This document shows, piece by piece, positions 32,101 to 40,949 of a stretch of 64,000 bases of DNA (positions are counted from its first letter, which is position 1; the number at the start of each line of letters is the position of its first letter). Under the pieces are notes generated by a model. That model was not told the DNA's origin, did no database searches, and saw nothing but the letters and a program-made list of their open reading frames with translations. This DNA is from Nitrospirota bacterium (GTDB taxonomy: Bacteria; Nitrospirota; UBA9217). The stretch lies in NCBI GenBank assembly GCA_963818475.1, contig CAWFSF010000006.1:1440001-1504000 (forward strand), written 5' to 3'. The position numbers and the translations under genes were made by a program.

Positions 32101-32776
32101 TAAAACACTGTTTGTCTGGTGGGTAAAAGAAAGCGGTTTTTTCCAGAAAAGCCGGCAGGTCCGACAACAAATTTTTACCGGGTTCAGTCAGCTACGTTCA
32201 ACAACACATCCATCGCAGGAAAAATCATTCAGCGCAATAAGTTCCTGCCTTCTTAAGGCACAGAGATGCGATGTCACCATATCCCCGAATAATTTACAGG
32301 GGAACGTATCTTTCAACTCTGGGGACTCGGAACTTTCAAATCCAGAGCTCATACCCACTAACCTTCCCTTCTTCGAATAAGTCTGTGACACGAGAATTCG
32401 CACTCATGTCACAGTGAACTACTCTTATTTCGTTGGGGCTATAATTCCTACAGACGCTGATAGCAAAATAAATGCAAATAATGTTCTTTTAGATTTAATC
32501 TTTTTATTTTCAATTAGTTACAAACGTTGCAGATTTACACTGTGAGCACAAGTGCGCACATGAGTAATAAATTTCGCTCATAATGATCATATTTCATCAA
32601 TACTGACTTCTATGATTAGAATGTTTTTCGCTTGCATTTTCCGGAAAATTTGCTAAACTTTTCAGGTTGTTAGACATAACGAAAATGAATCCTTCTTCTA
32701 CCACGCATGCGGTCTGTCATTTAGCAGTTTTCTGAGCAGATATCTATTCCTGTAAACAATACGGAGGAAGCTGACC

Positions 32777-33355
32777 ATGCCGAAAAAAAAGATCAAGAAA
32801 AAAGCCAAAAAAACCGCTCTTCGCAAGACTGCCGCAAAATCCGTAAAGAAAACTGCGAAAAAAAAGGCGCTCAAAAAATCGGTCATAAAAAAAGCGGCTA
32901 AAAAGAAGGTGATCAAAAAAAAGGTCGCGAAGAAAAAATCCGTCACCGCAAAGAAACCGGCTAGAAAGCGGGCTGCGCCGAAAAAACCGTCAATGCCCGG
33001 CTTGCGGAAAAAGGCGGTGATGGTGACACCCGGCCCTCAGCCAACAGGTATTCCACCGGTAGAGGAACCATCAACGAACGAAGAAGCGCTCGGCGTGGTA
33101 ACCCATTACTACAGCCATCTCGGCGTTGCTGTGATCCAGTTGAACAAAGGGACGCTCAGGGTAGGCAATACGATTCACGTGAAAGGCCATAGCACGGACT
33201 TTTCCCAGGCGATTGAATCCATGGAGTATGAACACCAGCATATTAACGAGGCCTCGGCAGGCCAAAGCGTCGGACTCAAGGTAAATGATCATGTCCGTGA
33301 ACACGACATTGTGTATCTTCGTAAAATAACGGCATGCACATCATTGACAGGATAA
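32777..33355 (+). CDS. Lys/Ala-rich (histone H1-like) N-terminus fused to a translation-factor-type beta-barrel domain
   Basis: About 70 aa of KK/AKK repeats, then GVVTHYYSHLGVAV..LRVGNTIHVKG..AGQSVGLKV..VREHD. Confidence 0.75.
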   Translation: MPKKKIKKKAKKTALRKTAAKSVKKTAKKKALKKSVIKKAAKKKVIKKKVAKKKSVTAKKPARKRAAPKKPSMPGLRKKAVMVTPGPQPTGIPPVEEPSTNEEALGVVTHYYSHLGVAVIQLNKGTLRVGNTIHVKGHSTDFSQAIESMEYEHQHINEASAGQSVGLKVNDHVREHDIVYLRKITACTSLTG

Positions 33356-33498
33356 CGGATCATGGCCGGTCCTGAAAACCGTGCAATGCGGATTGCAACC
33401 GTTAGCGCAGATTCTCGTATCTGCGCTAACTTATTTTCATATCAGCACCCGTGTGGTACAATAGAGCGGTATTGCATGCTGTTGCCAAAGGAGCCGCC

Positions 33499-35155
33499 AT
33501 CTCAACCGTTCATGGAAACATAGCCGGGCTTAAACCCGCGGAAATCAAGACACTGGAACGGCTTTATCGGAGAAAGAACCCTCCAAACACGCTGATCACG
33601 CCTGAAGCAGGCCGTGCGCTGACCGAAGCGTCATCGGCGATCAACAGACAGGTCGGTCTTATCATTGACCGCTCCGGCGCCGTCAAAGACGTGCTGGTCG
33701 GTTCCGACCGCGACATTCTCATTCCCGATCTTTCCGCATACCGGCTCGGCACGCGCCGCCTTCGCGGGGTCCGGTTCATTCATACCCATCTGCGAGACCA
33801 GCCGCTGAACCAGGAGGACCTCACCGACCTGGCGCTCCTCCGGCTCGACATGATCGCCGCGCTTACGGTCCGGCCTGACGGCCTGCCCGGCGCCATCTCC
33901 GTTGCCCATCTGGTGCCGCCGAACCAGGACCAGAAGCTCTACGAGATCCTCCCGCCCCGATCCATTCACGAGCTTGACCTCGATGCAGCCAACTTTATTG
34001 CCGAGATCGAACGTGAGATGGAGCGTGCCCAGACTGCGGTCGCAGTCGGAAAAAAGGACCGTGCCATACTGGTCAGCGTCTCTAAAAAAGGCCGGTCCGA
34101 GCAGGAAGAATCGATCGAAGAGCTCAAGGAACTCGCCCGGACGGACAACATCCAGGTGCTGGATGCCGTGATCCAGCGGCCCCATGACATCAATCCCCGG
34201 TTCCTGCTCGGCGAGGGGAAGCTCAAGGAGCTCATCATCCGCTCGCAGCAGCTCGGCGCCGACCTTATTGTCTTCGACCAGAACCTGACCCCGGCCCAGG
34301 TGAGGTCCATCGGCGATATGACCGAGATGCGCGTCATCGATCGCACGCAGCTCATCCTCGATATCTTTGCGCGCCGTGCACACAGCGGCGACGGCAAGGT
34401 CCAGGTCGAGCTTGCACAGCTCAAGTACCGCATCCCCCGCTTGTCGGAGCGTTCGACCGCGCTTTCGCGCCTCACCGGAGGCATTGGAGGCAGGGGCCCC
34501 GGCGAGACCCGCCTCGAGATCGATATGCGGCGGGCGACGGGACAAGCTGCGAAGGCTTGAAAAGCAGCTCGAAGCACTCGGCAAGGCGCGTCACCAGCGC
34601 CGGGAGCGGCGTGTCCGGAGCGCCATTCCCATCGTTTCGATCGCCGGGTACACCAATGCCGGCAAATCCACCCTTTTCAACACGCTGACAAGGTCCGCTG
34701 TTACGTCCGAGGACCTGCTCTTTGCGACGCTCGACACCGCAACGCGGAGGCTCCGTTTTCCGCGTGACCGCGAGGTGGTCATTACCGACACCGTCGGATT
34801 CATCAAGGACCTGCCGAAGGACCTGCTGGGTGCATTCCGCGCCACGCTCGACGAGATGCAGGATGCGGACCTGATCGTGCATGTCGTGGACATCAGCAAT
34901 CCCCGGTTCGAGCATCAGATGGAGTCGGTGGACAAATTGATCCTCGAACTCGGCCTTGACCATATCCCGCGGCTGGTCGTTTTCAACAAGGTCGATCTCG
35001 TGAATCCCCTCTGGGCGAAGGTCATCGCAGCTCGTTTTAACGGCGTCGTCTGCTCGGCGATACATCCGGAGACCTTCGGAGCTTTACTGGGGGCTATTGA
35101 GAAGAGGCTTTGGGGGGAAGAGAGTTCGGGGTCAGGAGTTCAAAGTTCGGAGTAA
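33499..35155 (+). CDS. hflX: GTPase HflX, long form (frameshift near 34535; probable ATC start)
   Basis: [57 protein letters not shown]. Confidence 0.95.
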
Positions 35156-35195
35156 TCCGTGTGATTCAATGAGGCTAGAAGTTTTCCGCTTTTAT

Positions 35196-35223
35196 TCCGC
35201 AATCCGAAATCCGAAATCCGAAA
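35196..35223 (+). repeat. Tandem heptamer repeat (TCCG[A/C]AA) x4
   Basis: Directly visible, between the convergent ends of hflX and pmbA. Confidence 0.8.
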
Positions 35224-35243
35224 TGGATCATTCCGCATTAAAA

Positions 35244-36588
35244 TCACTTCCCGCCGATCGACAGTTCCCTCACGCGAAGCGACGGGCAGTTGATCCTGCC
35301 GGTGAACCTGAGGTCACTGCCCACAGCATCGATGTTTTTCATAAGATCAAGGATGTTGCCCGCAATCGTGATCTCGCGCACGGGATAGGCCTTTCTCCCG
35401 TTCTCGATCCAAAACCCGGTGGCGCCCACGGAAAAATCTCCCGATATGGGATTGGCGGTATGGATCCCCATCACCTCGGTGACATAGAGGCCGCTGCTGG
35501 TGGCGCTGATAAGCTCGTTCAGCGAGTAAGGGCCCGGCTCGACATAGAGGTTCGTCACGCCGACCATCGGCACTCCCTTAAACCCGCCGCGCATGCCGTT
35601 CCCGGTAGAGAGCGTCCTGTCCTTGTTGGCAGAATAGGTATTATAGAGGAACAGGGTGAGCCTGCCCTTGTCGATGACCGTTTTTTTCTTCGTGGGAACG
35701 CATTCATCATCGGACGGTGCAGTGCCGAGACCGCCCTCGAGCAGGCCGTCGTCGTACACCGTGATGAGCGGTGAAACGACCTCCTGACCCAGTTTCCCGA
35801 TGAACAGGGACTTTTTCTTTTGCACGTTCTCCGCCGAGAAACCGCTGGCCATGATCGCCAGGAATTCCTCGGCCACCAGGGCATCAAGGATCACCGGCGC
35901 CTTGACCGAACCAATCGTTTTCGCGCCGAGCAGATCGAGCGCCCTGCGCGCGGCGCGCCGTCCCACCTCTTCGATCCCGAGCTTGCGGTAAAACCTGTTC
36001 ACATCGAAGTCCGAACCGGCCTGCGATTCTCCCTGGTCCTCGGCAACCACTTCAATGCTCGACGAGGCTGCCGTGCCCTGGTACGAAACCAGCGCTCCGT
36101 GGGTATTGGCGATGATCGTCTCTGAAGACGAGAAGCTCGCCGATGCTTTTCGCATGCGCTTGATCCGCGGGTCGACGGCAAATGCCTCGCGTTCCATGGC
36201 CATAACGCGTTCGATCTTCTCTTTTTCGGATAATTGCGGTATCTCAGGATCGAACATGGCCACTGACCGGTAGGGCATCGACGGCTTTTCAGGAATGGCG
36301 TGGAAGGGATCGGGTTCGGTTGTGCGGGCGTTCGTAACGGCAGCTTCGGCCAGGACCGCGAGGGCGCTTGTCCGATAGATCGGTCGTAAAGGCAAAACCC
36401 ATGTGCCCGTTCACCAGCACACGCAGGCCCGCCCCGATATCATGAGCGCGGTCGAAGGCATCGACCTTCTGTTCTTTTACTTCAATGGATGTGGCACGAT
36501 AAGAACGGAGATAGACCTCTGCGGCATCAGCATGAAGGGACGAAGCTAGCGTGAGGATCTTATCGGCGGTCTGCGGGGTGATAACCAT
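35244..36588 (-). CDS. pmbA: TldE/PmbA family protein (frameshift near 36368)
   Basis: AGLRVLVNG..GFA, SDDECVPT, STGNG, ANPISGDFS, TIAGN. No HExxxH. Confidence 0.85.
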
Positions 36589-36703
36589 AGTAAATACCGT
36601 TGGACCAATGTGCTCCGTCCGCAATGACAGGACAAACCATATTCTTTGATGATCCGGCTGGATTCGACGTCATGCACCGCCGCAGTGCTGCGGCCATGAC
36701 CAT

Positions 36704-37072
36704 TTAGTCGAAGTAGCTGGCCGACGCAGTATCGGACTCCCATACCGTGACGCTCGCGACTTCGAGATCGTCGCCGTTGAGCTTCTTCGCCATGGTGTCG
36801 TAGATCCACTTGGCAAGGTTCTCCGACGAGGGATTGATCTGCGTGAACGGAAAGATATCGTTGAGGAATGTGTGCTCCAGCTGATCGAGCACCTCACGCA
36901 GGGACTTTTTGAGATCGTGAAAATCGACGGCAAGACCGATATCGTTCAGACGCTCGGCCGTCACCGCGATCGTAACGCGCCAGTTATGGCCATGCAATTT
37001 CTCGCATTTTCCCTGGTAACCGCGCAACTGATGTGCAGCGGCAAATTTAGATTCTATCATAAGTTCGTACAT
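36704..37072 (-). CDS. queD: 6-carboxy-5,6,7,8-tetrahydropterin synthase
   Basis: FAAAHQL..KCEKLHGHNW, PSSENLA, VWES. Confidence 0.95.
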   Translation of the reverse strand: MYELMIESKFAAAHQLRGYQGKCEKLHGHNWRVTIAVTAERLNDIGLAVDFHDLKKSLREVLDQLEHTFLNDIFPFTQINPSSENLAKWIYDTMAKKLNGDDLEVASVTVWESDTASASYFD

Positions 37073-37079
37073 GCCGAAA

Positions 37080-37190
37080 ATAATAAGTGATATACGATCA
37101 AATGTCAACACTAAACAGCCGGACGTGTTCCGGGTCCGGGCGTCATGGGAAGAAATATTTCTTGCAAATGAAGCTGAATTCAGATATCAT
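37080..37190. promoter_or_regulatory. Back-to-back sigma70 promoters for queD and the tandem hfq gene
   Basis: Minus strand TTGACA(37108)-17 bp-TATTAT-7 nt-ATG. Plus strand TTGCAA(37162)-17 bp-TATCAT-7 nt-ATG. Confidence 0.6.
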
Positions 37191-37197
37191 TTTTTTA

Positions 37198-37669
37198 ATG
37201 GAAGTGATGAAAGAAGAGTCGCGGCACACGATCGAACCACAGTTCCTGTCCCAGGCGCAAACAACCGGTGTCAGGGTTCGTATCGGCTTGATGAACAAGA
37301 CGGAACACGAAGGGATCATCCGCGATATCGGACGCTACGAGCTTAATCTCGAAGAAAACGGCAGAACGGTCACGCTGTTGAAGCAGGAAATTTCCTTTGT
37401 GGCCGCCCCCCACGCACTCATTGCCTCTCCTTCAGCTGCTACGCCGCAGGAACTGCCCGCTGCTGGAGTCTCCGGCAGGGAGACCAAATATCCAGCAGGA
37501 ATTTCTGGACAAAGCCATGGCCGAGAACCAGGTCCTTACCCTTTTTCTTATCAACGGCCAGCGGATCAAGGCGAACATCGAGGCATACGATAATTTCACG
37601 GTCCTGCTCAATGAAGGGGGCAGGCAGCACCTCTACTATAAACATGCGATCACCACGATCAATCGCTGA
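37198..37669 (+). CDS. hfq: Tandem two-domain Hfq-like protein (frameshift in linker near 37460)
   Basis: Domain 1 IEPQFL..VRIGLMN..GIIRDIGRYEL..LLKQEISFV. Domain 2 NIQQEFL..LFLINGQRI..YDNFTVLL..LYYKHAITTI. Confidence 0.8.
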
Positions 37670-37814
37670 CGCAGTATCCCTCTGAAAGTGTATCAGGTCA
37701 ATGATGGACAGGAAGATCGAACAGGCCAACAGAACCGCATCCAGGATCCCGCCTCAGTGCGCCGTCGTGCTGTTCCGATGTTCATCTGCAATCCTTCCCC
37801 GGTGAGGTACCCCC

Positions 37815-38219
37815 ATGGAAACGAATCTCCTCGATAGAATGCTGAGCTCCTACATGGCCGAACAGTCATCAGTGACGGTCACGCTTCAGAACAAGATCAA
37901 GATCTCGGGAAAGATCAAGGCTTTTGACAGTTACGTCATCATGATGGAGAAACCGAAGCGCGAGATCCTGTACCGGCATGCCATCTCAAGCATCGCGCTC
38001 CACCTGCAGGAAGAGATAAAGCATGCCCCGGCAGCGCCCAGACCGGCATTGACCAACAAGCCGTCACCGGTGAAGACGCCGGCCAGATCAACCAGACCTG
38101 CAGCACCGAAACCCCGTCCCCAGCAGCCAGCCACGCCTGCCGCAGCGGATCAGAACGTCAGCAACAGCATGAAAGAAGGGCTGCTCCGCTGGATGCAGGA
38201 ACAAAAGGCGGCAAAATAG
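37815..38219 (+). CDS. hfq: Hfq paralog with Pro/Ala-rich C-terminal tail
   Basis: VTVTLQNKIKISGKIKAFDSYVI..ILYRHAISSI. Confidence 0.8.
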   Translation: METNLLDRMLSSYMAEQSSVTVTLQNKIKISGKIKAFDSYVIMMEKPKREILYRHAISSIALHLQEEIKHAPAAPRPALTNKPSPVKTPARSTRPAAPKPRPQQPATPAAADQNVSNSMKEGLLRWMQEQKAAK

Positions 38220-38220
38220 C

Positions 38221-39757
38221 ATGAACCTCCGCACTGCGGCGCTGGCAGCCGTCTCAGGCCTGCTGTTGGCGGCTTCTTTTCCGACCATCCAGCTTCACCT
38301 TCTTGCCTGGTTCGCCCTGGTCCCCCTGTTCATCGCGCTCAAAGGCAGCTCCGTCAGGAACGGCTTCTGGACCGGGGGCATCACCGGCCTTGTCTATTTT
38401 GCCGGCACTGTGCATTGGGTCACCAATTCCGTCCATTTCTACGGCGGCGTACCGCTCATACCGGCTTCGCTGATCACCCTCCTGCTCTGCGCCTATCTTG
38501 CGCTCTACCCTGCCTTGTTCAGCGCGGCCCTGATACATATCAGAAAAAACCATCCGTCCCTGGCCTTCCTTGCGGCTCCTGCGCTCTGGACCGCACTTGA
38601 ACTGGCACGAACCTATGTGTTCAGCGGTTTCCCCTGGTCCCTGCTCGGGTATACGCAGTACACGGCGCTTCCCGTCATACAGATTGCCGACATCACCGGT
38701 GTCTATGGCATATCGTTCCTGATCGTGCTGGTGAATGCTGCCCTGGCCGAGCTGATTTTTGACCGCAAACGGTTCATTCCGCTGGTTGCGACGGGATTGG
38801 TCCTTGCGCTGGTACTTTCCTACGGTGTTCTGCAGCTCCGCACGCCCGAAGCAGAAGGAACCTTCAAGGTCGCGGTCATCCAGGGAAACATCGAGCAGGA
38901 CCAGAAGTGGGACCCTGCCTACCAGAAGCAGGTCACCAGCGTGTATGAACGGCTGACGCTCAAGGCCGCGAAGCTGCGTCCGGATCTTATCCTCTGGCCT
39001 GAGACCGCAACTCCTTTTTACTTTAACAGCCCGGGGAAGGCCGACCAGGAACAGACCGTCGACCTGGAGCGCTTCGTGAAAAGCAATCATGTTCCGATCC
39101 TGTTCGGAAGTCCCGACCTACGAGGTCCTTCCCGGAAGGGTGGTCCATCTCAGGAACTCGGCATTCCTGCTCTCCCCGGAAGGCGCGGCCCTGGCCGAAT
39201 ACCACAAGTTCCACCTCGTACCATTTGGCGAGTATGTTCCGCTCAAGAGTGTGCTTTTTTTCGTTGATAAAATGGTCCAGGCGATCGGCGACTTCCAGGC
39301 GGGCAGCGAATACACGGTCATGGCCGTTCCGGTCCCGGGTCAACAGGACGTGAAGGTCAGCACGGTCATCTGCTACGAGATCATCTTTCCGGACCTGGTC
39401 AGACGGTTTGTGAACAAGGGCGCCACGGTGATCACGACCATCACGAACGATGCCTGGTTCGGCCGCACGGCCGCTCCGTACCAGCATTTTTCCATGGCCG
39501 TGTTCCGCGCTGTTGAAAACCGCGTACCCGTGGCCCGCGCGGCCAATACCGGCATCTCGGGGTTCATCGACGCAAAAGGCAAGATTCTGCAGACATCCGG
39601 CATCTTTGTTGAGGCTGATCTCATGCAGGCGCTGGCCCCGGGCACCGTACGAACCTTGTATACCCGCTACGGGGATGTATTTTCGTACCTCTGCGTCATC
39701 TTCACGTTGACCGTACTTTCTGGATACCCTAAAAAGCCGCAGAGCAAAAAACGCTGA
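38221..39757 (+). CDS. lnt: Apolipoprotein N-acyltransferase (frameshift near 39110)
   Basis: GFPW..GYTQ, QGNI, WPETA, K.HLVPFGEY, ICYE, TNDAWFG, RAANTG. Confidence 0.95.
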
Positions 39758-39758
39758 C

Positions 39759-39901
39759 CCTTTAAAAAGCATTTGGACACGGATAAAATCGGATAAGAGC
39801 CGGATAACGGCGGATCCCTCTTGGGTAAAAGGTAAATGCTTTAGAATGTATCCGCTTTAATCAGATGTTCATCCGCCCCTTCCGTGTCCACATTTTTTTT
39901 G
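39759..39901. mobile_element. Degenerate inverted copy of the 164-bp MITE
   Basis: GCATTTGGACACGGA..GGATAAGAGCCGGATAACGGCGGAT..TTAATCAGATGTT..TCCGTGTCCA is the reverse complement of copies 1 and 2, with an internal deletion. Confidence 0.65.
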
Positions 39902-39918
39902 CTTACCCCTCTTTTCAA

Positions 39919-39946
39919 TCCGCAATCCGAAATCCGCAATCCGAAA
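39919..39946 (+). repeat. Tandem heptamer repeat (TCCG[A/C]AA) x4
   Basis: Directly visible. Abuts the recO stop codon. Confidence 0.8.
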
Positions 39947-40699
39947 TTAGATACTGCAGACCGTCCTGAGGAATTCCGTGGATTTGAGCCGCTTGCCGAG
40001 GATGTGAAAGGTGTGGGCCGAGAAGGTCCGGTCGAGTTCCTGCATGATCGCGGCCGAAGGTTTGAGCCGGCAGATCTTGTCCATGTCCATCCTGAGCGCC
40101 TGGTAGTAGAACCCGATCGCACCCGGTGAAATACGCACCTGAGGGTCGCCTGAAGAGACCATGCAGTCAGGGCAGATGACGCCGCCCTTCATGCTGTGAA
40201 AGACCATCTCCCCTGCAGATTGCCTGCCGCAGGAAAGGCAGTGATCGAGCTTGGGTTGATACCCGAGAAGCGACAGGAACCTGATCTCGAAGATACGGAG
40301 CAGAAAGGTGGGGTCCTCGCCCCCATTCAACAGATGGAGCACGTGGGTAAGCAGGAGAAATGCGGTTGCATTGCGTTCACCCGGAGGGGCCAGCTCCCGT
40401 ACCAGTTCCAGGATGACCGCCCCGACCGCGGCGCGCTGCAGGTCTTCGCAGATCGCGGACGCCTGGGTCAGGATGTCGGCAGACTCGATGCGCAGAAGGT
40501 CCTGATGCTCCCGTTCGTGGAGATGGAGCCGGCAATAGGTGAACGATTCGAGCCCTGCGCCGAAGCGCCGGAAGGACTTGCGGGCGTTCTTGGCAACGCC
40601 CTTCTGCATGCCCCGGTCGAGGGAAAAGAACGTGACCAGCTTGTCAGCCTCGCCCAGGTTCATGCTGCTGATGATTATTGCTTCGGTTTTGGATCTCAT
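39947..40699 (-). CDS. recO: DNA repair protein RecO
   Basis: GEADKLVTFFS..G..KGVAKNARKS, LLGYQPKLDHCLSCG..GGVICPDC. Confidence 0.95.
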   Translation of the reverse strand: MRSKTEAIIISSMNLGEADKLVTFFSLDRGMQKGVAKNARKSFRRFGAGLESFTYCRLHLHEREHQDLLRIESADILTQASAICEDLQRAAVGAVILELVRELAPPGERNATAFLLLTHVLHLLNGGEDPTFLLRIFEIRFLSLLGYQPKLDHCLSCGRQSAGEMVFHSMKGGVICPDCMVSSGDPQVRISPGAIGFYYQALRMDMDKICRLKPSAAIMQELDRTFSAHTFHILGKRLKSTEFLRTVCSI

Positions 40700-40730
40700 G
40701 GATTACCTGAATTTACGACGAGCGCATTAT

Positions 40731-40894
40731 CCTAAAAACGGCATTTGGACACGGAAGAATCGGAAACATCTGATTAACGCGGATAAATTCTAAAGCAAAG
40801 CATTCACCTGTTGGGTGAACCTCTTATAAAAGAAATAATCCGCCGTTATCCGGCTCTTATCCGTGTTAATCCGTGTCCAAATGCTTTTTTAAGG
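40731..40894. mobile_element. 164-bp MITE, copy 2
   Basis: Near-identical to 7564-7727. ATTAT on both flanks. Confidence 0.75.
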
Positions 40895-40949
40895 ATTATA
40901 CACTGGCGAGGGGAAAGAAATAAAGAAGGAATAAGAGGACATCCGGGCA

